NCBI RefSeq assembly: GCF_009914755.1
Contig: NC_060926.1
Length of the DNA: 64,000 nucleotides
Source of the DNA: the human T2T-CHM13v2.0 reference genome, Homo sapiens
Direction: 5' to 3' (one strand)
Part shown: in pieces, positions 14,782 to 26,516 of the stretch
Layout: each line of letters begins with the position of its first letter
How positions within the stretch are numbered: position 1 is the first letter of the stretch
Translations under genes and position numbers: made by a program
The notes under the pieces: model-generated
Seen by the model: only the letters and a program-made list of their open reading frames with translations
Databases searched by the model: none
What the model was told of the DNA's origin: nothing

Positions 14782-17700
14782 TCACAAGTTTAACAGATCA
14801 GATTACCTTACAAAGATTAAAAATCTTTCAAAACAGACCAAACACAAACTAACCAGGGTTCTAAAAGTGCTCAACACACTTACCACTAGAACAATTAAGC
14901 AGACAGTTTTATCCTTATCTTGATTTTCACCACAATGTTTATCCTCATTTTCATTTATTCCTGAGGTTGCCTCCTTAGGCTTTCAGTAAGCAATACATTT
15001 ACTAACCCAAAGTAAAAAGAGATGTGGCCTCAGACCAGTAGAAGTTACAAGATTTGGCTGTCCAGTTCAAAACTCTTGGGTGGGTGTGAGACCTGCTTAT
15101 TTAGTTCAGGAGCTTCAAGCCTGCACACTGATCATTAGGTTGAGTGTCTATTAATAATCAGGGCTTTCTTGTTATGTCTTCAGCCCTCATCGGGGATATA
15201 GGCTTTAATTTTTTGAAACTAGATGTCTTCCCCAGAAATAAGGTATCCTTCCAGCTTCACATGGTCCAGTACATAGCCATCGTCCTAACATTATGATTCA
15301 CTGAGCTACTTTTTTTTAGCATCATTAGACGTGTGTGTTCCTTATTAGTATATTATAAGAATTTGTGGGTTATCTAAAGGTTTTGGCTCCTAGGAGATGA
15401 GGAAGTCAGTCTGCTTTATGAGCCCTCCTCTTTGGACCCTCTTTCTGTTTTGTCATTTGCAGCACATTGTTGAGCCTTCTTTCTACTTGGTCATTTTGTG
15501 TGACCATCAGAGGTTAAATGTGGGTCCGCTGGTTATTATACAAGACCAGAATATTGATCAGCCCTTCCTGTTCTTGATAGAGTTCCTTCTATTTCTGTGT
15601 TAGTTCAGCTCACTCCCAATTATTCTGTCCATTCTTCTTTTCTACTTACCCTGAACATATATATTATATACACACATATTTATAAACTAATATAGCAGCA
15701 AAATTTGTGCATATAATTCATATATGCATATGTATGTACATTGGTATACATATAGGCATATATACATCCCTTACCTCATGAAATAATGACAAACATAAAT
15801 CCTGTTTTCATTCTTCTTTTGTATTATAAGTTTCCTTTTTTTTACTATTTCTTTTAGCTTTTCTCCTTTGACTTTGATTTTGAACTCAATCTTTCATAGA
15901 TCAAATCATTCCAATTACCTAATACTATTTTTATTTTATACCTAACACTAATTTTATTTTTATTTAATTATAATGTAACAATAATAATTATTTAATATTT
16001 GAATTATCACAACTTTTCCATGAGAATTCCCTTAAGTCAGATCCTTTGATTTTTTAATCATTGTCACTATATTTTTCACATTATCCTCATTTTCTGGTAC
16101 CTGCAGGATGTTCCCAACCCATTCTGAGTGTTTTCCTTTCGCTTACCAATTCTGAGTTTCCCCTCCCCACCACCTCCTCAGCCATCAGCCTTGCTGGCAC
16201 AGGCTCTCCGTGATCACACCTGGGGCCCTAGGCAGTCCCTCTCTGCAGCTGTCTGTTTAGACACCTCCAGGGCAGGATATGGAATGGCTTTGCCTGCAAT
16301 TCCAGCAGATCCACCAACGTCACTTTCACTGGCACCGTGAAAGCCTGCATCTTTTGCAAGACTTATATCAATTTGCAGCATGTAGCACTATACTGTTCAA
16401 CATTTCCAACAGCAGACTATCTGGGGAAAAATTAATGAACAAAGCCTTGGCTTTATGTGGGGATGGACCCAGCCAGGAGCACTCCTGGAGTGGGGACTAA
16501 TTTTTATAAGTTGTCAGATTACTAGTAAACACTTAATGTTATGGTGATTTTTGCTTTCCTAAACAATCTGGCATCTTCAGGAAGTCACACAATGAATGCT
16601 GGGTTAACAAAGATCTATTATACTAAATAAATCTAGTGCGCTAAATTTCAAGACTTTTAACCTAACCCAGCACTTAAAATCTAAGATTAATAATCAAGTA
16701 GAGTGGGCATTGGGAAGGCGTGAGCCACATTCCTGGGATCTTCTTTCTGAGACTGGGTATTGCCCAGGCTGTGAAAATAGGCAGACTCATGACCTGGGGC
16801 TTTCCTGTTCACACCTCAGCTCTTCCTGCTGGTGCTCAGCCTTTACTGGAGAAGGTAACTCGGTCTTTTCATCTTTTGAAGAACATGAGCACCCAGTAAG
16901 ATGTCAGCAATACACATTATCAGGTTCTTTTTGCCTTCTGGTATCGGACCAGACCTGATGTGAGCTATTATACAGAGACCTTAGTGTAAGGACATCTCCC
17001 TTGGTAGTAAGCGCTGGGCTTTGATGATCTGAAGAAAAACTGAGCTGCGTCCCAGTTCTAGAGTTCCTAGAGAGAGCACACTCCCTCTCTGGAGATTCTA
17101 TTTTTCCTGTAACTCATGGCAAAGTGGTCCCCTGTGGATTTTTTCTTTGCCAAGCTTCTCCCAACTCCACATCCCATTGGTTTTGCCCTAATTGTTATTT
17201 ATTTAAGATAAAAGAAAATGTAATCCTTATGCACCATATTCCATAAATTTAACTAATAAAAATGTTGTTTTGTAAGAGCCTTTTGAAGTCCAAGTAAACT
17301 TTGGAATCATTTTTATGAGACTTTAAAAATCTTTCTTCTTAGGGGCAGGAAGTTATATTTTGCCAAGAATAAATGAACTCAAATAGCAAAGGGATTGGGC
17401 TTGACATGAGGTGCCAAACCCACAGTGTTTCAGTGGCTTCTGAGCTGGGCCAAGTGCGTTTTCCCAGTCCTGAGAGTCAGGACTGGTATCTAAAGTTTCA
17501 GACTAACATGTTATTACTTATAAATAATTATTTTAGTATGCCAGTTGTTCTTAATGTAAAACGTTTGGCTCCATTTTTGAACCAACTTGATTCTATAGGC
17601 AAAGAAGAACCAGATTATTGATTTCTCAAGTCATCCCTTTGTTAGTGTTTGCTGGAGTTACCTGGAAAAAACCTGCATTTAATTCCCTCTTTGCCATTTC

Positions 17701-17933
17701 CTTGAATGTTCTTACCTTCTTCATTCATAGTAATTTAAGATAATGTAATTTTTTTCCATGCCCACATTCTAAAACATTTTTAGGAGTGTTTCCAAAAAGA
17801 GAAGTGATGATAAAACAATATAATTAATGTTGGAAGCCATGAAAAATTCATAGACACTTCAAAGAGAGGATCAAGTTGTGTCATATGAGGGCTTATCATT
17901 CCCAAAGAAGCTTTTATGAAAGATGAATATGAA

Positions 17934-18232
17934 GCTGGGCGTGGTGGCTCACGCTTGTAATCCCAGCACTTTGGGAGGCTGAGGCGAGCGGATCACAAGG
18001 TCAGGAGATCGAGACCATCCTGGCTAACATGGTGAAATACTGTCTCTACTAAAAATACAAAAAATTAGCTGGGCATGGTGGCGGGTGCCTGTAGTCCCTG
18101 CTACTCAGGAAGCTGAGGTAGGAGAATCCCTTGAGCCAAGATTGTGCCACTGCACTCCAGCCTGGTTGACAGAGCAAGACTCCATCTCAAAAAACAAAAC
18201 AAACTAAACTAAAAACAAACACACAAAAAAAG
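17934..18232 (+). mobile_element. AluSc/Y-like SINE with an internal right-arm deletion
   Basis: ggatcacaaggtcaggagatcgagaccatcc; gagaatcccttga joins directly to gccaagattg; TSD aaagatgaatatgaa / aaagatgagtatgaa. Confidence 0.92.
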
Positions 18233-18821
18233 ATGAGTATGAAAATTAATTAATAGCAAGTTCAGTTGTCATTTTAAGACAAGTTATTGATTTAAAAACA
18301 AAAATATTTCACCCGCCACCCTCTTCTCCACTTGCCGGCTCTTCGCCCATCAACAGAAGGTTTTCCAATTGTATCTTCTCGTTCACTGTCTCTTCCTGCT
18401 ACCTCTGAACTTCTGTCACACATTCTATTTCAGTCTTGCTTATGGCTGCTGTTATCATCACCATTATTTTGTGCTACCACTTCCCAGGTTCTCCGTTACT
18501 CCAGATCTTTCTCTCAAAAACTCAGGCCTGATGGCCTCTGTTTTTCTTGAGTTCACTTCCTCTGTCAGTCCAGGATATCCTGTCTTCTTTCTTATCCCCT
18601 AATTCCAGCCCTACACACTCCCCAGGCACAGCCTTCCTGTGACCCTTGTCCCAGCCAGGCAGGCACCAGATCATTAACTTTAGATTTTCTGACCACTCCT
18701 CAAGGAAAGATGGAAGATCTTTTCCTTGGCTCCAGCTAGGGATGTGAACAGACACCTTCCCCACCCCCTGCAGCCCTCTCACTAATAGGTAGTCAGGATG
18801 GCAGCTTGCACCTAGGCATCT

Positions 18822-19440
18822 GGTGAATTCAATTCACTTCTCTCAAGTAATCACTCTGCAAGGGCCCACTGTGTGCCAGGCACTGGGCCATGTGCTTGGT
18901 AGGCAAAGATGAATCAACTAGGGGCTGATTATTATCACAGGATGCAATGCAAAGCAGCCTCCTGGAAGAGGCAGTGGTGAATTCTGCTGTGAGGGGTTGG
19001 CTGGGAAGGCTTTCAGACGCAGCAATGCTTGTACTGGATTTGCATGAGAAGGAGAAGAGAAGACAAGAGGAGACCATTCCAAGAAGCGGTAGCCACTTCT
19101 GTAAAGGCGTGTAGTAGTACACAATGGGGGTGTGGTTGAGGAAATACAAGTAATTATGTTTTAAAAGAATGACAGTGACAAAGGGGAGGCATAGTGACAG
19201 CCACCCAAAGGTTTAAGGGAGTGATGTGATTTGATTCCTCTGGCGAGAAGGTGGTGGTTGCACTGGGGAGAAGGGTGTGGGGAGGACTGGAATAAGGCTG
19301 ACCAGAGAGGACACTGTCATAGGCAAAGGAGGTCACAGGCTAGAGAGTGACAGTAGAGAGGGGAGGAGGGGCAGATTCAGTGTAATGAGGGGTGCATGAC
19401 CCACCTGGTACCTTGCAGTGAGGTTAGGGTGAGGCAAGCT
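18822..19440 (-). mobile_element. L2 LINE 3' fragment
   Basis: cactgtgtgccaggcactggg ... ggcaaagatgaat and a purine-rich antisense L2 body. Confidence 0.7.
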
Positions 19441-19689
19441 CCTGCGGAATTAGAAAATCTCAGGCCATAGTTTCATTCAGGCCTGGAGAAGGTTGTAACA
19501 TCTTAATCCTCAACTAATTCCCGCTTTGCCAGAACGCTATAACCTATTTATAAAAGTACCCTTGTCAAGGATACTTTTGACCTTGTTCTATGAGAAATAC
19601 ACACATGCATCCATATATATGCATACAGAGTATGTGTAAGATATATATATAAATATAAATATATATAATATTTATAAAACATATGGATT

Positions 19690-20018
19690 ACGTATGCCAG
19701 GGTTCTCCAGAGAAACAAAGCCAAAAGGATGTGTGTGTGAGTGTGTGTGTTGTGTATGTGTGTGGAGAGAAAGAGAGTGTGTGTAAGAAATATTTATTAT
19801 AAGGAATTGGCTCATGCCGTTATGAATATTGGCATTTTCAAAATCTGCTGTAGAATTCAGGCCTTCAACTGATTAAATAAGACTCGGCCACATTATGGAG
19901 GTTAATCTGCTTCATTCAAAGTTTATTTAAAAAAAAAAACCTTTGCAGCTACATTTAGACTAATGTTTGACCAAACAAATGGGCACTGTGGCCTAACCAG
20001 GTTGATACAAAATCACAG
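19690..20018 (-). mobile_element. MLT2 (ERVL) LTR, internally deleted
   Basis: agggttctccagagaaaca ... tttattataaggaattggctca ... gggcactgtggcctaaccaggttga. Confidence 0.8.
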
Positions 20019-20578
20019 ACACTTTGCTTTACCTTCTTCCCATGTTCCCCCACAAAAAGGTGAATTCTGGCTTTGTGTTTGTAATTTTGTACTTATCTGC
20101 AACTTTAGACTAATTCTCAGAGTCTGAAAGAATAAAGATGTTTTCTAAGAATAAAAGCATTATTTGTATATTTGCTTCTAACCCTATATTAAATATCTAA
20201 ACTGCATTAATTCATTAAATGCATCTTTTTACTCATACCCTTTTCTTTAAGTATTTCTTATGTGCTATCCCATTAACAATGGATACAGTAAGAATTATCC
20301 CTGTTTTGCTGGTGATGATCTGTCCAAGGTCCCTGGCTGGTGCACACTTTGCTGTCAAACGTTCTTGTTCTACCTCACAGCAGCTTTTGCTGATTCCAGC
20401 GTAAAGTTGCTTCTGTTTGTTCTCAACAGTTGTCCATCTCGCTGATGACTTATGAGGTATTTATTTTGCCTTGCATCTTTTGGAAACTTCTGAAATAGTC
20501 CTTATTTGTCAGTTTGCCAGTCCCTTGCCTACGGAGTAAATTTTAATGAATTTACTTGGGGAATTTAATGATGCCTTT

Positions 20579-20748
20579 ATTTTTAAATTTTTTAATTTTT
20601 CTTGAGACACAGGGTCTCACTCTGTTGCCCAGGTTGGAGTGCAGTGGCACAATCATGACTCACTGCAGCCTTGACCTGGGCTCAAGCCATCCTCCCACCT
20701 TAGCCTCCCAAAGTGCTGTATTACAGGCATGAGCCACCACGCCTGGCC
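20579..20748 (-). mobile_element. Alu monomer (FRAM-like)
   Basis: Single right-arm-type monomer; TSD-like taatgatgcctt / taattatgcctt. Confidence 0.85.
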
Positions 20749-21602
20749 CTAATTATGCCTTCAGGAGAAATAAAGCCCATGCCCCAGATGAACATGGTTA
20801 TTTATCTGAATACAGTATAAATGTAAATTGGGTGGTTAGATTTTGATGAATGGTATTTGAACTAAATGTTAGTAATGAGAAATAGGGATAGGCCCAGATG
20901 ATTTGTGATATAGATGCCAATTCATATTTTATGATATCTATACAAAACAAGGAAATAACCAAGGTGGATGCCTTATTAGATCAGAATTGGGGAAATTAAC
21001 TTTAACACGCAATGTGACCTTTGTACTGTAATCACCAATGTACTAAGCTAATCTGCATGAAGTCATGTTTTGGGAATTTGCTTATATTTATTCATCTTTT
21101 TGGTGGAAATAGCAATGATGGTATTAACAATTGGTATCTCAAACAAAACTGTACAGATATAGTCATGGCAGAGAACATGCTTTATGGTTTGATTTGTAAA
21201 AATGTTTTACATAATATTTTTCAGTGGAAATCTGAGTTAAAAATTAATTTTTAAAGGATACCTAAGGGACCTACATTTTAGAACTAAAATGCTGAAGGAT
21301 CAACAAATAAATATGAATACCTATTAACTATAAAAGCAAGAGAAAAAACTTTTCTCTATAATAATCTACAGAAAAAAGCTCAAATATTCAGGAAGTCAAA
21401 TGGGTATAGAAATGTTTACTTAAAATTTGAAACCTTATAATATATATTTTAACCAAATAGTATTTTTACAATTGGTATAATTTATGTAGACAAAGGAGAG
21501 ATTGATTTCTATCGAGTGCTCGCTTGCATTTTTGAGGGATTGAATTAGAGATGCCGTGGGGTGAATGGCTCGCAAATTCCACGAAAAAAACCTATCCCAA
21601 AA

Positions 21603-21621
21603 TGGACACAAGAGGGCGCCA
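21603..21621 (+). promoter_or_regulatory. CTCF core motif (forward)
   Basis: tggacacaagagggcgcca versus consensus tggccaccagggggcgcta; several CpGs retained nearby. Confidence 0.6.
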
Positions 21622-21977
21622 AAGATGCAGTAGCTGATGGAGATTTAATGGACGAATACTCTGGCACTTACAAATGAAGCCATGTTTATTTTATTCTGGG
21701 TAATATATTATGCACCTGCTTGTTTTATTTTTTAGACTGATTCGTGTCAAATGACTTTCCAGAAATATGACATGTGTACTGGATCCAGGCAGAACTAATC
21801 TTTCAATGTAGAAGTAGTACTATTTTGTACAAACTATATTCCATGATATAATGAAGTTTTACTTTATTGTACTCACTCTAAAGAGAATTAAGAGAATGTA
21901 ACAAGATGGCACATACTTTTTCAAGCATTTTGTCTCTGTAACTCACTAGGAAACAGTTTTTGATTATGGGATATTTA

Positions 21978-21978
<1 letters not shown>

Positions 21979-22010
<32 letters not shown>
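21979..22010. repeat. (CA)n microsatellite
   Basis: About 16 CA units. Confidence 0.95.
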
Positions 22011-22013
<3 letters not shown>

Positions 22014-22198
22014 CCATACATACAAATTCCTTTGTTACAGGAAAAGAGTAGTGAGTTTTTGTCTAGAGGATTCAGGGACTAATTTAGGGCTGAGACTTCC
22101 AGAAAAAAGAGGACACAAAATGATAACTGAAGGAACTAGAGTTTGCCGTGCATGAGGAAGAACTAAGTCATTTTGGTCCTATAAATGTTTGGCTTATA

Positions 22199-23181
22199 TG
22201 TTATTTTGCTAGGGCTGCTATAAAGAAATACTTTTGTCATCACAAAATAAGCCAAAATGGGTGGCTTAAACAATGCTATTTAAATAAATAGCATTTATCT
22301 TCCCACAGTTCTGGAGGCCAGAAGTGCAAGATCAAGGTGTCAGCAAGATTGGTTTCTCTTGAGGCCGCTCTCCGTGGCTTGTAGATGCCCATCTTCTTAT
22401 GATACCCTCACGTGGTCTTTTCTCAGTGCGCACGGAATCCTGGCATGTCTTCACATGTCCAAATTTCCTCCTCTTATGAGGACACCAGGGAGATTGAATA
22501 AGGGCCTACCCTAAAGGCCTTATTTTAACTTAAACACTTCTTTAAAGGCTCTAACTCAGTGGTCTCCAACCTTTTTGGCACCAGGGACTGGTTCTGTGGC
22601 AGAAAATTTTTCCACAAATGGGTGGGGTGGGAGGGGATGGTTTGGGGATGATTCAAGCATATTACATTTATTGTGCACTTTATTTCTATTATTACATTGT
22701 AATATATAAAGAAATAATTATACAACTCACCATAACATAGAATCAGTGGGAGCCCTGAGCTTGTTTTCCTGCAAGTAGATGGTCCCATCTGGGGGGTGAT
22801 GGGAGACAGTGACAGATCATCAGTCATTAGATTCTCAAAAGGAGCACACAACCTGGATCCCTCACATGCGCAGTTCACAATAGGGTTGGCACTCCTCTGA
22901 GAATCTAATGCTGCTGCTGATCTGACAGGAGGAGGAGCTCAGGCGGTAATGCAAACAATGGGGAGCCGCTGTAAATACAGATGACACTTTGCTAGCTGCT
23001 CACCTCCTGTTGTGCAGCTCGGTTCCTAACTGGCCACACACTGGTACTGGTCTGTGGTAGGGAGGGGTGGGAAGTGGTTTAGGGACCCCTGCTTTATCTC
23101 CACATATGGTCTTATTCTTAGATAATGAAGGTTAGCGCTTCAACAGATACATTTTGGGGAGACACAGTCCAATCCATAACA
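22199..23181 (-). mobile_element. MLT1A/B MaLR LTR interrupted by MER1A
   Basis: gctagggctgctataa ... cacagttctggaggc ... ends gggagacacagtccaatccataaca. Confidence 0.85.
22557..23091. mobile_element. MER1A hAT-Charlie element
   Basis: TIRs cagtggtctccaacc / ggtttagggacccctg; 8-bp TSD-like ctctaact / ctttatct; ~535 bp. Confidence 0.88.
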
Positions 23182-24479
23182 TCTTGGTTCCTTGCTTGTG
23201 TAAGTTTAGAATGGTGGAGGGCAATGGGCTCTCTCTCTTTCTGAGTTTACTGACCAGCTTTCAGTGAAACAAGCTCTGTGCCCTGCACACATCAGGTACT
23301 CAATATACATTTGTTGAGTGGGTGAATTTCTGCCTGGAAAAGTGACACATTTTACTTTGCTTAGCCTTGCCTGATATCTTCAGCTGCCTGACAGGTAATA
23401 ATTAACTGTTGAAAGAAAGGCATAAATACTTCCTTTTAAACATTGACATTATGTCCATCTGGTGAAAGAAAAGGATAGAAGCAAATAAAGAGAGTTCAGG
23501 AAATGCTAAAATTTCTTTGAAATAATTTCATTGAAAATTAACAAGTTGATTATTGTGAAAACAGATTCCAATTTACACATAATGGCCAATCATCTAGTTT
23601 TCCTGGCCTCTGATGAAACCCTTCCTACCTAGAGTGATCTGCTTTTTACCCCACCATAATGGTTATGGAGGGCTTCTTAGGTTAATTTGCCTTTCAGACT
23701 TCAACCGCTTAAAGATAATACATTTAACTCAATTATAAGCTGTCGCCCTGTTCACAGTGCAATTTCTTCTGCCCTGGCATCCCTGCCCCAACACTTCTGC
23801 TGCTGTGCCCACCCCTCACTTAGGGTGCAATAACTGAGTTCTTTGCAATCGGACAACTTGTACGGGGTCTGCAAAACTCTAGCACAGAGGCCGGCAGGGG
23901 CAGTTAAAAATCAGAGTCTCCCATTTTCAGAATTGCTCTATTTCAGGATGAATTTCTGGCCACAAGAAGACAAAGTGAGGTCTCCTGGGTTGACCAGCTG
24001 AAAGTGGGTCAGAAGGCTGGGCTCATGGGAGAGCTTCCACCTACACTGCCTTACAGGGGCCACTGGACACCAGGCACACGCTCACTTGTCTAGGCTCCAA
24101 GGGCCCGGCTTAAGGGACAGGAAGAAGTGAGGGACCCTAAACTTTGTCTTCACTTGCTATAATGTTCCCTCCCTTGAAGCATGTTTCTGTTTTTCCAAAC
24201 AACTGGTTAATTATTGATTGATTTTCTAAATCTCACCCTCTTTAATTGGGAGCTGTGGGCTAAAATATAAGGCATTGAGTTGGATTTAATATAAATATCC
24301 CATCCTTCATGCATCTTCAACTTTCTCCTAACCCTTCAAAAAAAGATTGTTTCTTCCTCTTGTCTCTTGGACTTCCCTTTTTCAGGCTGCTGTGATAAAG
24401 TTCTTGATACTTTCTTTCTCAAAAGACTTTTAAAAAATCCTTTATGTTGGCAGGGAATTAACTCATGAATAAATGGATA

Positions 24480-24680
24480 ATAATACCGGCTGACATTTTT
24501 GGAGCGTTGACTATTTGGCAGGCACAAAGCCGAGGGATTTGCTCGCATTATCTCACTTGATCCTCTCAACAGCTTTGTGATAAAGCCCACTTCACAAACG
24601 AAGAAACTAAAGCTGAGAGAGTTAAGTAGCTCGTCCTAGGTCATGGGATTAGGAAGCAGAAATATTCAATTCTCAAGTTC
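24480..24680 (-). mobile_element. MIR SINE
   Basis: cattatctcacttgatcctctcaaca ... gaagaaactaaagctgagagagttaagt. Confidence 0.75.
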
Positions 24681-24859
24681 AGGAGAAAGGAAGGAAAGTC
24701 CGTGACTCTGAAACACACACAAAGGTGGAAGGTCCAAAGCTAATGTTTACTACTTTCGCTTAACAAGGGTGTGTAATGCAGCCACTATGCCTAATACCCC
24801 GAAGGTAACAAAAGGGGCCGAGCTATAGACCTTGCCCTTGGAAACATTTTTAGTCTACT

Positions 24860-25042
24860 TTGGTGGTTCCCAAACTGTGCTACACATTGGACTGATATGA
24901 GGATCTGTGAATGTGTATACTAATGCCTGCTAGGCCCCCAGAAAGTCATATTTAAATAGTTTGTATGAGAGTGTGATGTGGGCATCAGGACTTTCAAAAG
25001 CTTTCCAAGTGATGTTAAGGTGCAAAGTCTGGGAACTGCTGG
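24860..25042. mobile_element. MER5-like hAT MITE
   Basis: TIRs gtggttcccaaact / agtctgggaactgctg. Confidence 0.7.
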
Positions 25043-26497
25043 GCTAGCAGGAGAGTGACACTGTCATACATTGATTGTGAAGCAGGAGGTACATCCATGT
25101 GGCATTGTGTGGCTGGGTTATAATTTCCGCAAGAATTTTCATAATTCACTTGCCATTGAAGTCAGGTCAGCAGACCCTCAAATCTGTTCTTTTGTGTTTT
25201 CCTCACTTTGCTCTGGATAGCACATTACTTTGATTCACAAAGCCCTGGGCAACAATCAGTATTTTGGTTTCTTTTCTTCCTGCACAAGGTTCAAGAAAGA
25301 GCTTTGGTTCACCTGGGTTTCTGTGGTCTCGCCCTGGCTACTCCCCTTCTCTCCTCTGTTTCCCCTTACCATCTAGCTCGCTTCCCTGTTTCAGCTTTTG
25401 TTCTCCATTTTCACTCGTTTTTTTGCTCGCTGAAAATTTCTCATCATTTACTACTCCTCATCTGTCACTCATCTATCTCCCTGATTAAAATTTGACAAGC
25501 TTAGTGCTTAAAAAAAATGCAACTTTTTTTTTGAAGGGAAAAAAGCTCCAATGTCTTTTGTGTACTCATTTGATTAGGAAATTTCCACACATTCTGCCCT
25601 CCTTTCTACAAACTCGTATTCCATTCACCTGTGTCATTTCCTGTGCCCCTGTTTGGAGCTGATCACCTAATTATTTTTCATTCAGTATCTGTTGATCACT
25701 CATCCTGTCCAAAGCACTGCTATTCCTCTTTGAATAGCAGTTTTAAACTTGTTAGGGAAATGCAGAATTCCCCTTGCATGTTACCATTACTCCATTTGGT
25801 GTTTAACTGTACTGAACATATTGAAAGGTTGAAAGAGACATTACTATTTTGGTTATTTATCTGTTGCCGAATGTACATGAAAAGATGTAGCTTTTCTTCC
25901 AATGTTCATCAACAGCAGATAGTATTTTATGGCTATGAGATTTTTAAAGCAATTACAGCTATTCATTTACATTTTACTAATTGTTAAATTTTACCAATTT
26001 GGACAACGTTAGAAAAATACAGAGGAGGTTTAAAAGAAAGCCATGAGGAGATAGGAAAAAGAAATACTAGAGAGTACAGAATTAAAGTATGAAATTAATT
26101 CCAAATAAACATCACCAATAGAGCTGCAGAGATCAAATAGAACAAGAGGAATAGAGACACATACTTAGAACTATACAGAGAGAAACAAATTCTTAGAACT
26201 AAGCAAGTAGGTAGGCATGGGCTAAGGTTAAGTAAAACACCAGAAATTGAAGATAAGAATGGATGAGTGAGAAAGAGAATTAACATAGAAATAAAGAGTT
26301 TACTACTTACAAAGGTATATACGCCAAAGGAAAAGAAACACAGGAGTTAAGTTGTCCTGGTCCTAGTTATAAAGGCGCAAACTCGCACTTGTTAATAAAG
26401 ACCATTGTATTCGAAAACCTGGTTGAGGATTATTCATTCTCGGTAGAAAGAACTTTCAGCAGTTTGACAAAAGTAGAATGCAGGAGTTGCTTTTATA

Positions 26498-26516
26498 GAG
26501 CCAGAAGATGGCACTG
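26498..26516 (+). promoter_or_regulatory. CTCF core motif (forward)
   Basis: gagccagaagatggcactg matches CCASYAGRKGGCRS with one mismatch. Confidence 0.55.
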
